Shown: positions 20,320 to 30,794 of the stretch, one piece after another
How the letters are laid out: every line of letters begins with the position of its first letter
Numbering within the stretch: position 1 is the first letter of the stretch
Assembly (NCBI GenBank): GCA_963826715.1
Contig: CAWGYA010000008.1
Location: 960,001-1,024,000 of the forward strand
Direction: 5' to 3'
Origin: Candidatus Bathyarchaeota archaeon
GTDB taxonomy: Archaea; Thermoproteota; Bathyarchaeia; Bathyarchaeales; Bathycorpusculaceae
Length of the DNA stretch: 64,000 nt
Program-made: the position numbers and the translations under genes
Notes under the pieces: generated by a model
Told to the model about the DNA's origin: nothing
Database searches by the model: none
Seen by the model: only the letters and a program-made list of their open reading frames with translations

Positions 20320-21666
20320 TTGCTTCGGGAAACATGGACAATCGCTATTGAAACATTGAGTTGGATGGAGATGCGCCGTCTCAACGAACGTTCAGCTTTG
20401 GCGCGAACGGTTAAGCAGTTGGGCATAGTTGACCCACAAGCCATCCGCCTCGCTTACGGCTTCGTCGTGGAGACTACCCGTCGCAAGAACCTTATCGACA
20501 AACTTATTGACGCAGTAATGGAACCCAAAAAAATCGGCGAATTCCAACAAGGTATACAAGCTTTCCTACGCCTTTACGTTTATCAGACTCGTGTTTCCAA
20601 AAACTGGGGCAAAATCAATCTTAAAGAAGCTGAATCAATCGCCAGCTTGGCTCGTTCAATTTTAGGCTGGCAGACAATGCGGGATGTTGAGCCTTATTTG
20701 GGATTCCTCTTGACCAAGAAAATAGCCCCCATTATTGAAGCAGCCGACGAAACAGAACGGATTGCACTTGAAACCTTCCATCCCAAATGGTTTGTGGAAT
20801 ACTGTGATATGTTATTCGGGCATGACGAAGCAGTTGTGTTCTTACAAAATAACCTTAACCCGCCGCCTACCTACATACGAGTCAACACACTTGCAGCATC
20901 CGAAGAAGAAATTCTGCAGAAACTTGAAGGTGAAGGTGTTAAACTCCAAAAAGTTGACGAATTAAAGTTCACTTATAAGGTAATCGAGTTCAAAACGCAT
21001 CTTAACACATTGCAGAGCCTAAAAGCAGGTTTATTCTATGTACAAGACAAAGCTAGTTGCTTCGCAACTTTAGCCGCAAACCCTTTACCCAACAGCACGG
21101 TTTTTGATGTCTGTTCGGCGCCTGGAGCCAAAACCACCTTCATTGCGCAACTCATGAGCAATCAAGGTAGAATTGTTTCAGTTGATTTTTCAGCCAAACG
21201 CATGTACACCTGGCAGAAAGAGATCTCACGGATGGGTGCTACAATCGCGGAACCAATTGTTGCAGATGCAAGAGTGTCGGTTCCTATAGCAGGACAAGCG
21301 GACCTGTTAGTTTTGGACCCGCCCTGTACAAGTTCAGGTGTGTTTGCCAAGCAACCCTCTGCCAAGTGGCGCCTAAGCCCCAAATCCATCCAGAACATGT
21401 CTAGTATCCAATTGCAAATGATTAACAACTGCGCTGAAAAAGTTCGCTCTGGTGGAACGTTGGTGTACTCAACCTGCAGCATAACTTTGGAAGAGAACGA
21501 GGGCGTTATTGCGCAGTTCTTAAAAGACCACCCAGAATTTCGACTATCAGAAATTGAACCCAAAATTGGCTTGCCTGGACTTCAAGGCTTAATCCAATCC
21601 CAGCGTCTCTATCCCCACATACACAACTGCAACGGTTTCTTCATCGCAAAACTGCAAAAGCAGTAA
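20320..21666 (+). CDS. RsmB/NOL1/NOP2 RNA m5C methyltransferase with NusB-like N-domain
   Basis: YVQDKAS, DVCSAPGAKT, DPPCT, YSTCS, ENE, GFFIAKL. Confidence 0.92.
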   Translation: MLRETWTIAIETLSWMEMRRLNERSALARTVKQLGIVDPQAIRLAYGFVVETTRRKNLIDKLIDAVMEPKKIGEFQQGIQAFLRLYVYQTRVSKNWGKINLKEAESIASLARSILGWQTMRDVEPYLGFLLTKKIAPIIEAADETERIALETFHPKWFVEYCDMLFGHDEAVVFLQNNLNPPPTYIRVNTLAASEEEILQKLEGEGVKLQKVDELKFTYKVIEFKTHLNTLQSLKAGLFYVQDKASCFATLAANPLPNSTVFDVCSAPGAKTTFIAQLMSNQGRIVSVDFSAKRMYTWQKEISRMGATIAEPIVADARVSVPIAGQADLLVLDPPCTSSGVFAKQPSAKWRLSPKSIQNMSSIQLQMINNCAEKVRSGGTLVYSTCSITLEENEGVIAQFLKDHPEFRLSEIEPKIGLPGLQGLIQSQRLYPHIHNCNGFFIAKLQKQ

Positions 21667-21667
21667 A

Positions 21668-22228
21668 TTAGACGTTACCAAAATCGTTTAGTGTTCTCTG
21701 CGATTTTTCCTTGCTGTAAAGAGGATAAGTGACTTTTGTTCCTTCTACACTTGCGGTTTCGCTTAGTTGGTGAGGTATGGTGCTGGTTGCACTAATGATA
21801 TGTAGTACCCGAATTTGACGTGCCATGAGCGCGTCGCTGATAAGATTTCGATGGCAACGCCAAGGTAGCGCCTCCGCACACATGAGTGCCACGCAGTTTT
21901 CTCTTGCTAAAACGACGATTTTTAGAAGTTCATCCGTAAATTCTTTGGTCTGCATATAGTCAGCATAACCCCGGAAGCCCAGATTTTTGAGCGCGATGTT
22001 AATGCTGTTAGGTTTGGGGCGCCTTAGACCGCCTATTCCTGGTATGTGAATGTATTTGAAGCCATAATTTTTTAGGCTGTCAGGGAAAATTTCTTTGTTG
22101 AATTGTGGGTTGTGTCGGCTTCTTGGGACAGTGCGGACGTCGATTAGGAGAGTAATACAGTAGATTTGGAGTATCTCGATGAATTCTTCCAATGATCGCG
22201 TAGAGTGCCCAATTGTGAATATTGATAT
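21668..22228 (-). CDS. DUF488-family protein
   Basis: LIDVRTVPRSR.NPQFN, MCAE..PWRCHR; the conserved IFTIGHSTR lies in frame upstream of the tracked TTG (22192), start tentatively ATA 22228. Confidence 0.8.
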   Translation of the reverse strand: MSIFTIGHSTRSLEEFIEILQIYCITLLIDVRTVPRSRHNPQFNKEIFPDSLKNYGFKYIHIPGIGGLRRPKPNSINIALKNLGFRGYADYMQTKEFTDELLKIVVLARENCVALMCAEALPWRCHRNLISDALMARQIRVLHIISATSTIPHQLSETASVEGTKVTYPLYSKEKSQRTLNDFGNV

Positions 22229-22740
22229 TTCTTTTTCCCACCTCTAAACTTAACTCATCATTTTTACTATGGCAGTGATTCAATATAAAATCAAACTATC
22301 GATCGTGTAATGGAAAACTGTTTTATGAAAACCTATAGGCGGCGGAAGACCGATTAGAGCGACAGCAACTCAAAACCATAACGGGTGATGCAGTAATCGA
22401 CTCAAAACTCCAAAATCGTAAACCCGGATAAAAATATGTCCCTGACCTCAATAAAAGCAATCAGATGAAAGTTAGATATTTGCGTTAGGTTGACTGCATA
22501 ATAGGCGATTAAAGAGTAGAATTAGCGACATTTTAAAGCCATAAACACGGTAAACTGCTTACTAGCCATAGTCAGATTCTGATTTAAAACGCTCCTTAAT
22601 CATGCTCAACCTGCCGAAAAAACCCGTTAAATACCCTCTAAACGGCAAGTTTCGTATTTTTCTTTTATAGGAAAGGTTTTTAGTATAGTTGTTGTATGAG
22701 ACTGTGAAAAAGTCAATAGAGTTAAGTGAGGTTTGACATT

Positions 22741-23475
22741 ATGTCTGTATTTGCAGCACCAGGCGCATATGACCGTGCAATTACCGTTTTCTCACCCGAT
22801 GGGCGACTCTTCCAAGTCGAATACGCAATGGAACTCGTTAACCGTGGAGCTACCATTCTGGGCATTCAAACATCCGATGGATTAGTTCTCGGTTCAGAAG
22901 AAAACATAGAACTTCTTGAAGAAGCAGGATATTCATGGAAAATCTTCAAGGTAGATGATCACATTGGAGCAGCCATAGTCGGTTTAAGCTCAGACGCCAG
23001 AATCCTAATTGACCAAGCGAGAATTTACGCACAAAGCAACAAACTAACCTACGACGAACCCATTGATGTAGAAGTCGTAACTAAGCGAATATGCGATATC
23101 CAACAAATGTACACACAGCACGCAGGAGTTCGACCCTTCGGTGTATCAATAATTTTCGGCGGTGTCGACAAAACAGGACCGCGAGTCTTCGGAACACACC
23201 CCAGTGGAACCTACCGCGGATACAAAGCAACGGCATTAGGGGCAGGTCGCGAAACAGTCCTAAATATTCTCAAAGAAGAATACAAGGAAGATCTAACAAT
23301 CGATAGCACCATAAAACTCGCAGTCAAATGCCTAATTAAAGCTCTTGAAGCCCGTCAGTTACCCCCAAGAATCAAAATTGCAATTATCCCGGCTGCAACA
23401 AAGAAAATGGAAATGCTCAACGACAACACAGTTGAGGGCTATATCAAAGAACTGGGTTCAAAGCAAGTGACATAG
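22741..23475 (+). CDS. psmA: Proteasome alpha subunit
   Basis: YDRAITVFSPDGRLFQVEYA, RPFGVS; ATG at 22741. Confidence 0.96.
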   Translation: MSVFAAPGAYDRAITVFSPDGRLFQVEYAMELVNRGATILGIQTSDGLVLGSEENIELLEEAGYSWKIFKVDDHIGAAIVGLSSDARILIDQARIYAQSNKLTYDEPIDVEVVTKRICDIQQMYTQHAGVRPFGVSIIFGGVDKTGPRVFGTHPSGTYRGYKATALGAGRETVLNILKEEYKEDLTIDSTIKLAVKCLIKALEARQLPPRIKIAIIPAATKKMEMLNDNTVEGYIKELGSKQVT

Positions 23476-23478
23476 ATA

Positions 23479-24165
23479 ATGAGCGAAAGGTTCACCGTCG
23501 CGCGCTTAACCCGCGAAAACGAGCATTTTGAAATACTAGTCAAACCCCAAAAAGCACTTGACTACCGAAACGGCAAGATCGCCGGTATAACGGAGGTTTT
23601 AGCCGCTGAAACCATTTTTAGCGACGCAAACAAAGGCACCAAAATATCAGAAGAATCCATGAAGAAAGCATTCAAAACGACGGATCCTTTGCAAATTGCA
23701 GATGAAATTCTAAAAAAAGGAACCCTCCAGCTTACGACCGACCAAAGACGAAAAATGGTTGACGACAAAAAAAGGCAAGTAATCGACTTCATTTCCCGAG
23801 AAGCAGTTGATCCAAAAACGAACCTGCCTCATCCTCCTATGCGAATTGAAAATGCAATGGAGCAAATTCGTTATCCTATAGATCCTTACAAGCCCGTCGA
23901 AGAACAAGCAAAAGACATAGTCAAACTTCTACGTCCTATTTTGCCCCTAAAAGTTGAGCAGATGAAAGTCGCTGTGAAGATCCCTGCCCAATACTCCGCA
24001 CGAGCCTATGGTACCATTAAAACCTTGGGTACAATCAAACATGAGGAATGGCGAGTAGACGGCTCTTGGTATGGGGAATTAGAATTGCCCGCAGGTTCGT
24101 ATGCCTCACTACTCAACAAATTGGGCGATGCCACAAAGGGAAGTGGAGAAGCAAAAGTAATTTAA
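23479..24165 (+). CDS. SBDS/Sdo1 ribosome maturation factor
   Basis: HFEILV, IFSDANKG, LQLTTDQRR, DPKTNLPHPPMRIE; canonical position after psmA. Confidence 0.95.
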   Translation: MSERFTVARLTRENEHFEILVKPQKALDYRNGKIAGITEVLAAETIFSDANKGTKISEESMKKAFKTTDPLQIADEILKKGTLQLTTDQRRKMVDDKKRQVIDFISREAVDPKTNLPHPPMRIENAMEQIRYPIDPYKPVEEQAKDIVKLLRPILPLKVEQMKVAVKIPAQYSARAYGTIKTLGTIKHEEWRVDGSWYGELELPAGSYASLLNKLGDATKGSGEAKVI

Positions 24166-24194
24166 AAAATATGGAAAACCAACAAGGTGAATTT

Positions 24195-24911
24195 ATGCCA
24201 GCATTCTTTGAAAAAAAACAGCTAGTGACACCCGGTGAATTGCTCGCTGAAGGCGACTATTTACCTGGCGAAAACGCATATGTAGAAAACGGCAAGATCT
24301 ATGCCTCAAGGATTGGACTCGTCGATAGCGACAATAAAAAAGTCAATGTGGTTGCACTTAGGGCTTTTTATGTGCCAAAAATGGGTGATATAGTCATCGG
24401 TACAATCGTAGAAGTAGGCTTCAACGGCTGGACCGTCGACATCAAAGCACCCTACACTGCACTCCTACGTGCCTCAGACGTACTGAGTAGACCCTTTAAG
24501 CCCCAAAACGACGAGTTATCAGCAGTCCTTACATCAGGGGACTTAATCGTTGCCAAAATAGCATCTTACGACCGTGCGCACGATCCTCAATTAACCGTGG
24601 GCGAACCAGGTTTGGGAAAAATTACTCGTGGACAAATCCTCCGAGTAACACCTACCAAGATTCCCCGAATTATCGGACGAAAAGGCTCAATGATTTCCAT
24701 GATCAAGCAGGAAACTAATTGCCAAATCATCTTAGGCCTTAACGGTGTTATTTTGGTGACAGGTAAAACGCTTGAAGAAGAGGATATCGCTATCGAAGCT
24801 ATCCGAAAAATTGAGGTAGAATCCCATACCAGCGGTTTAACAGATCGCATCACACAGTTATTGAAAGAAAGGAAACCAGTTATAGAAGTGGAGGAAACTA
24901 AAGTTGAATGA
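24195..24911 (+). CDS. rrp4: Exosome RNA-binding subunit Rrp4
   Basis: [20 protein letters not shown] (S1), [11 protein letters not shown] (KH); ATG at 24195 after AAGGTGA. Confidence 0.95.
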   Translation: MPAFFEKKQLVTPGELLAEGDYLPGENAYVENGKIYASRIGLVDSDNKKVNVVALRAFYVPKMGDIVIGTIVEVGFNGWTVDIKAPYTALLRASDVLSRPFKPQNDELSAVLTSGDLIVAKIASYDRAHDPQLTVGEPGLGKITRGQILRVTPTKIPRIIGRKGSMISMIKQETNCQIILGLNGVILVTGKTLEEEDIAIEAIRKIEVESHTSGLTDRITQLLKERKPVIEVEETKVE

Positions 24912-25638
24912 AAAAACCGATAAATTAATCGACAAAAAAGGCATCCGTCTAGATGGAAGAAAAGCGGATGAGCTTCGCCCTGTAAAACTTCAAGTTGGCG
25001 TGCTCTCAAATGCTGACGGCTCAGCCTACATCGAACATGGAAAAAACAAAATCTTAGCTGCAGCGTTTGGTCCAAGAGAAATGCATCCAAAACACCTAGC
25101 GCAACCCGACCGAATGGTTCTCCGTTGCCGATATCATATGGCGCCCTTCTCAGTGCCTGAACGTAAATCCCCTGCACCTTCTAGGCGCGAAGTGGAACTC
25201 AGCAAAGTCATAAAAGAATCTCTTGAACCTGCATTATTCCTCGAACTATATCCACGCACAGGCGTAGATGTGTTTATAGAAGTTCTGCAGGCTGACGGAG
25301 GAACCAGATGCGCAGCAATCACTGCCGCAGCTCTTGCTATAGCTGACGCAGGTGTTCCAATGCGCGATCTAGTTGTTGCATGCGCTGCCGGCAAAGTTGA
25401 CGACACAGTAGTGGTTGACCTCTTTGATGCTGAAGACAAACTCGGCGCAGCCGATGTTCCAGTTGCTTTCATGCCAAGTTTAAATGCTGTTACCCTGCTT
25501 CAAATGGATGGCAACCTAGCACCTGCTGAATTTGAAAAAGCTGTGAATATGGCTATAGAAGGCTGCAAAAAAATCTATGCAATGCAGAAGGAAGCGTTAA
25601 AGACAAAATATATGGTTGTTAAAGAGGTTGAAGAATAA
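24904..25638 (+). CDS. rrp41: Exosome catalytic subunit Rrp41
   Basis: [41 protein letters not shown]. Confidence 0.96.
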   Translation: MNEKTDKLIDKKGIRLDGRKADELRPVKLQVGVLSNADGSAYIEHGKNKILAAAFGPREMHPKHLAQPDRMVLRCRYHMAPFSVPERKSPAPSRREVELSKVIKESLEPALFLELYPRTGVDVFIEVLQADGGTRCAAITAAALAIADAGVPMRDLVVACAAGKVDDTVVVDLFDAEDKLGAADVPVAFMPSLNAVTLLQMDGNLAPAEFEKAVNMAIEGCKKIYAMQKEALKTKYMVVKEVEE

Positions 25639-26430
25639 ATGTCCTCACTAGTAACAAAAGTTAGACTAAAGCAAATTGAACAGCAAATCGAGAAAGGCAC
25701 CCGCCTAGACGAGCGAGGCTTACTCGACACCCGCGAAATCAAAATCGAACAAGGTGTAATAGAAAAAGCAGAAGGATCAGCCCGTGTATTGCTCGGCAAA
25801 ACTGAGGTTCTAGTGGGCGTTAAAGTTCAAACAGGAGAACCCTTCCCAGATACGCCCGACGACGGAGTTATGACCGTAAACGCAGAACTTGTTCCAGTTG
25901 CATCACCACACTTTGAACCAGGACCACCCGACGAAAACAGCATAGAACTCGCACGCGTAGTTGATCGAGGGATCAGAGAATCACAAGCTGTTGATACAAA
26001 GAAACTCTGCATTGAAAGCGGCAAGAAGGTTTTCGTTGTTTTCGTAGATGTCTATGTCTTAAACCATGATGGAAATCTTATTGATGCATCTGCATTAGCT
26101 GCTATGGCTGCACTCATGAATACGAAGATGCCGAACTTTGAAATCAAAGCTGGAGAATTAAAAATCAAGCAAGGCTATACACCTCTGCCAATGAAAAGTC
26201 ATCCTATTACAGTCACCATTGGCAAAATCAACAACAAACTTATAGTTGATCCATGGCTTGAAGAAGAATCTATAATGGATTCTCGCATAACTTTCGCCAT
26301 AAATGAAGCAGGTAACATTTGTGCTATACAGAAGGGCGGCTCCAGCTATTTCACACCAAAACAGATTTTAGAAGCCTTAAATATTGCTCTGGACAAAGCA
26401 GCTGAATTGCGCAAAAAACTTGGTTGGTGA
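25639..26430 (+). CDS. rrp42: Exosome subunit Rrp42
   Basis: AEGSARV.LG.T, PFPDTP, FEPGPPDE, ELARVVDRGIRES, HDGNLIDA. Confidence 0.96.
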   Translation: MSSLVTKVRLKQIEQQIEKGTRLDERGLLDTREIKIEQGVIEKAEGSARVLLGKTEVLVGVKVQTGEPFPDTPDDGVMTVNAELVPVASPHFEPGPPDENSIELARVVDRGIRESQAVDTKKLCIESGKKVFVVFVDVYVLNHDGNLIDASALAAMAALMNTKMPNFEIKAGELKIKQGYTPLPMKSHPITVTIGKINNKLIVDPWLEEESIMDSRITFAINEAGNICAIQKGGSSYFTPKQILEALNIALDKAAELRKKLGW

Positions 26431-26437
26431 ACTCAAA

Positions 26438-26782
26438 ATGCCAAAAACAAAGAAAGTAGGTCCAACTCGAGGATTAGGAGTAAGGTACGGCTCAACAGTA
26501 AGAAAACGATACATTAAAGTGATTACTGAACTCAGAAAACCCCATCGCTGCCCACAATGTGGTTTTGTTCGTGTTAGACGTCAGAGTGTGGGCGTTTGGA
26601 AATGCCGCAAATGTGAATTTACATTTGCAGGCGGAGCGTATACCCCAAGCACTAAACTCGGTACAGTTGCAAGACGTGCAGCGAAGGGCGCAGTGGCTGA
26701 GGAAGCCACAGTTGCCGTTCCAGTTATTGAAGCTGAATCAGATGTTGATGTTGAATCAGCGCCTGAAGAAGAAACCGAGTAA
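26438..26782 (+). CDS. rpl37ae: 50S ribosomal protein L37Ae (eL43) with acidic C-terminal extension
   Basis: G.RYG...RK, CPQCG, GVWKCRKC, FAGGAY.P; ATG at 26438. Confidence 0.95.
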   Translation: MPKTKKVGPTRGLGVRYGSTVRKRYIKVITELRKPHRCPQCGFVRVRRQSVGVWKCRKCEFTFAGGAYTPSTKLGTVARRAAKGAVAEEATVAVPVIEAESDVDVESAPEEETE

Positions 26783-26845
26783 GCCTTCTTTCCTTTTTTC
26801 CTTTTTGTTTATAATCTTAAATACTATCTATGTCTATGGAATTCT

Positions 26846-27103
26846 ATGTCAATTTGCGCCAAAGCAACCGTCAACGTCGAATTCGTCACAGAAAAACAAC
26901 TTATAGCAATTGCCTCTGCGATAGCACCTGAAACCCAAATGCTGCCGACAAAACGTGCAAAAGCCAAACTGGAGCGAAACGGTAACCAACTAACTCTGGT
27001 AGTAACGGCCAAAGACACTATAGCTTTGAGAGCGACTTTGAACACTTATTTAGGATGGATAAAATCTACGTTGAACGTTATCCGCGCAGCCGAAAAAGCA
27101 TGA
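26846..27103 (+). CDS. pcc1: KEOPS complex subunit Pcc1
   Basis: AIAPE...R.KAKL, AKDTIALRATLNTYL.WI; canonical operon position. Confidence 0.85.
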   Translation: MSICAKATVNVEFVTEKQLIAIASAIAPETQMLPTKRAKAKLERNGNQLTLVVTAKDTIALRATLNTYLGWIKSTLNVIRAAEKA

Positions 27104-27642
27104 TTTTTCTGTATACTTATTAACCATTTAATCCTCGAAGCTAGTTCGTTAGCTAGTTCCCCAAGGTTTTTAGTCTGATTTTATTGTGTTTGCAACAGAG
27201 AATTTTTCGTAACCATCTTGTTTCTTGATCTTTTTACTTCGCCATTAGGGATGCAAAATACAACATGACCCCAAAAACCAAAACCCTTTTCCATTTTTAT
27301 ATTTGTGGGCATACCGAATTGAAATTGGGGGTCGAATAAGCCTTTCTAATTCCCAAATTAGCTATGGTCTAATGAAATTTTACTTTTTTTCCAGGTTGGC
27401 AGAAAGAACTTTAGCTTACAACAATCAAAGCTTCAAGGCATTTAATGTTAAAATTACTGCCAATTTTTTTGAATCAAAATATCTATTTGCATTGTTAATA
27501 CTGAATGAATAAGTTGTCATTTATTATTTTCTAATCGAATTATAGTCAAGATTTTGGTAAAGATTAAATAAGTACTAATCACATTTTTTCGCTATATACC
27601 ATTAGTGGTATATTATGACTTTAGGAGAAAATAAAAAACCAA

Positions 27643-30270
27643 ATGTTAAACACTAAATCAACAATAACTATTATCGTAGCATCCTTAGTAATTTTGATGG
27701 CAAGTTCAATGATCCTTTTGCCCGTGCCCACCGTTACAGCACACACCCCAGGGTGGGACATCCCAACGTATGCTTTCGTTAGTGCAGTACCAAATCCGAT
27801 CGGCGTCGGTCAAAGAGTCGACATCTTAATGTGGCTTGATAAAGTCCGATCTGGCGCAACAGTCAACAACGAATACAGAATGCACAACTATAACCTAACA
27901 ATTGTCAACTCAGCAGGCGATGTAGTATTACATGAAAACTGGGACACAGTTATCGACACAACCTCTTCACAATACTATGCTTGGATACCTTCAGAGGCAG
28001 GCAACTACACAGTCATGTTCAACTTCGAAGGCTTCACCGTAAATGACTATCCAAGTGCAACCGTAGAACAAGGCGACACTTTCGTTGCAAGTCACGCCTC
28101 AACCCAAATTACAGTCCAGGACGAACAAATTCCTAGCGCAGTAACTAGTTATCCTCTTCCAACAGAATATTGGACTCGCCCCATATACGGCGAGAACACT
28201 GATTGGTGGAGCATATCTTCTAACTGGTTAGGCACAGGTTCTCCAAATCTTGGAGGCTGGTCTTCTTCATCTGCAAAGAACTTAAGGTTCCAACCTGATG
28301 GAGTAGGTCCTCAAACTGCCCACGTCATGTGGACAAAACCACTTGAATCAGGTGGTGTGGTTGGAGGATTAAACAACACAGAAGTTCCTGGAACCTCCTG
28401 GTTTGAAGGCTCTGCATATCTAAACCGCTACACTAATCCAATTATTGTCGCTGGAAAACTCTACTATAACCCAACTGTAGGCTACACAGGAACAGCAAGT
28501 GGACCAACAACATGCGTTGACTTACGCACAGGTGAAGTCCTATGGTCTCGCAGTGATGTTCCAACATTATCTTTTGCATACATTTACGATGTCCAGACTC
28601 CCAATCAACACGGTGTTTACCCCGCAATTCTAGCTACTGCTAACTTTGCTCAATGCTTTGATGCTGATACAGGTGACCCTCTATTCAACGTTACCGGAAT
28701 ATCTGGTGGCGGAGGCGTTGGAGGTACCTTAGTTATGGGACCAACCGGTGAGCACTTACGATACACGATCGTCAACAATGGCAACAATACAAACCCTGAC
28801 TACTATCTATGTCAATGGAACTCAACTAATATGTGGGATTGGACTAACCTTAGACCACCACCAAAAACTACAACATTATCCAATGGACAAACAGCAGTCG
28901 TTGCTAACCAAGGCTCTATGTATGACTGGAACGTCTCTATACCTTGGCGTCTTCAAACAGGCAACCCAACAGTAATCGAAGCTCTATACAATGACGTTAT
29001 GATTTGCAGAAACGGTTCACTACCTATACTAGATACACGATCTGGAAACAGCATACAAACCCCATACACTTACTTTGCAGTAAGTCTCAAGGACGGAAAC
29101 CGCGGACAACTTCTCTGGTCAAAGACCTACACTCCACCAGCAGGGAACGTAACCGTATATAACGGTGGCGCTGACCCCGAATCAGGTGTGTTCCTTGAAG
29201 TTTACAAGGAAACACGACAATGGGTAGGCTACAGCATACACGATGGCTCTAAAGTTTGGGGTCCAACCGAAATGCAAGGTTCATTTGACTACTACGGTCA
29301 ACCATACTTCCCGATCTTGGGCGGACAAATCGCATACGGAAAACTCTACAGCGCAGCATATGCAGGAATAGTCTACTGTTATGACATGAAAACAGGCGAC
29401 CTACTTTGGACTTATGGCAACGGCGGAGAAGGAAACAGCACTAACGCTGGCTTCTATGTTGCATACGGCAATTACCCAACATTCGTAGCAGCAATCGGAG
29501 ACGGCATAGTCTATACAATAACTACCGAACACACTGTCAGCACTCCACTCTATAAAGGTGCCATGACACGCGCAATCAACGCAACTGACGGATCTGAAAT
29601 CTGGAAATTATCCGCATACACTGGATCATTTTCAGTCATCGGATATGGAATTGCAGACGGTTTTGCGACCTTCTTCAATGGCTATGATAACCAAATCTAC
29701 GTAGTAGGCAGAGGCCCAAGCGCACTTACAGTTGAAGCACCAAAGACCGGAATTGACCTAGGTAAATCATTAATAATTAGCGGCGCCGTAACCGACATTT
29801 CATCAGGATCAACACAAGACCAACAGGCAGCACGATTCCCACATGGACTTCCAGTCTCATCTGACGCAAGCATGACCGATTGGATGGGTTATGTTTACCA
29901 ACAAAAACCAATGCCGACCGACTTCACAGGCGTTGACGTTACAATCAACGTTGTTGACGCAAATGGAAACTTCCGACCCATTGGTACCACTACTACTGAC
30001 GCATCTGGCATGTACAGTTTACAATGGAAACCTGACATAGAAGGCAAATATACAGTCATCGCAACCTTCGCTGGCACTAACGGTTACTGGCCATCATATT
30101 CAGAAACAAGCTTTGCAGTTGATCCAGCACCAGCAACACCCGCACCTACAAACCCGCCAACTGACTCAGTCGCTGACATGTACTTTGTTCCTGCAATCGT
30201 TGGTTTGCTTGTTGCGATAATACTTGTAGGCGCAGTACTTGCATTGTTACTAATGCGAAAACGCCCATAA
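27643..30270 (+). CDS. Large secreted PQQ-like beta-propeller surface protein with C-terminal TM anchor
   Basis: signal peptide, repeated D..TG..LW Trp-docking motifs, Ig-like domains, PAPATPAPT linker, TM followed by RKRP. Confidence 0.8.
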   Translation: MLNTKSTITIIVASLVILMASSMILLPVPTVTAHTPGWDIPTYAFVSAVPNPIGVGQRVDILMWLDKVRSGATVNNEYRMHNYNLTIVNSAGDVVLHENWDTVIDTTSSQYYAWIPSEAGNYTVMFNFEGFTVNDYPSATVEQGDTFVASHASTQITVQDEQIPSAVTSYPLPTEYWTRPIYGENTDWWSISSNWLGTGSPNLGGWSSSSAKNLRFQPDGVGPQTAHVMWTKPLESGGVVGGLNNTEVPGTSWFEGSAYLNRYTNPIIVAGKLYYNPTVGYTGTASGPTTCVDLRTGEVLWSRSDVPTLSFAYIYDVQTPNQHGVYPAILATANFAQCFDADTGDPLFNVTGISGGGGVGGTLVMGPTGEHLRYTIVNNGNNTNPDYYLCQWNSTNMWDWTNLRPPPKTTTLSNGQTAVVANQGSMYDWNVSIPWRLQTGNPTVIEALYNDVMICRNGSLPILDTRSGNSIQTPYTYFAVSLKDGNRGQLLWSKTYTPPAGNVTVYNGGADPESGVFLEVYKETRQWVGYSIHDGSKVWGPTEMQGSFDYYGQPYFPILGGQIAYGKLYSAAYAGIVYCYDMKTGDLLWTYGNGGEGNSTNAGFYVAYGNYPTFVAAIGDGIVYTITTEHTVSTPLYKGAMTRAINATDGSEIWKLSAYTGSFSVIGYGIADGFATFFNGYDNQIYVVGRGPSALTVEAPKTGIDLGKSLIISGAVTDISSGSTQDQQAARFPHGLPVSSDASMTDWMGYVYQQKPMPTDFTGVDVTINVVDANGNFRPIGTTTTDASGMYSLQWKPDIEGKYTVIATFAGTNGYWPSYSETSFAVDPAPATPAPTNPPTDSVADMYFVPAIVGLLVAIILVGAVLALLLMRKRP

Positions 30271-30794
30271 ACAAATCAACTACTTCCCTAATCTTTTTTT
30301 TATTTATTTGTTTTCAAAAATACAGATTTAAGAGCTATTAGATCAAAAGGTGCAAGTTAAAACAATCTGTTTACACTGTGAGATTCAATTATTTCTTCTT
30401 CTTAACATTACTCAGAAATCAAAAAATGAATTATCTCCTCGTTTTCCCAGTTTTGATTCATTGCTTGATTTTTCATTAATTTTTTCTTTGGCACTCAAAC
30501 ATTTGGTGCTAATAAACGCGCTTGTTGGTTGTCAATAATAAGGTTAAAATATATCTCACTCAAGGTGTGCAGTGCCAATATAATATTCTATTAAGTTCAC
30601 TAATTTTGAATCGGAAAACAGTGAAAAATCTATGAGACCTTTAGAGTATTCGTAGTATCATGCATTTTGCAGTTAAGTCGCAAAAAAATTTATAAGAAAA
30701 GGTCACCAGTAAACCCAAAACCATAAGATACTTCAAAATGCAAGAATGCTTGTTTTGTTTAATCGCATAACCAGGCATATGTTAGCATGGTTTT

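Noticed and set aside
24587-25472. Long antisense ORFs over rrp4/rrp41 (similar ones over thermosome and ABCE1)
   Set aside because: Shadow frames of conserved genes with no independent motifs.
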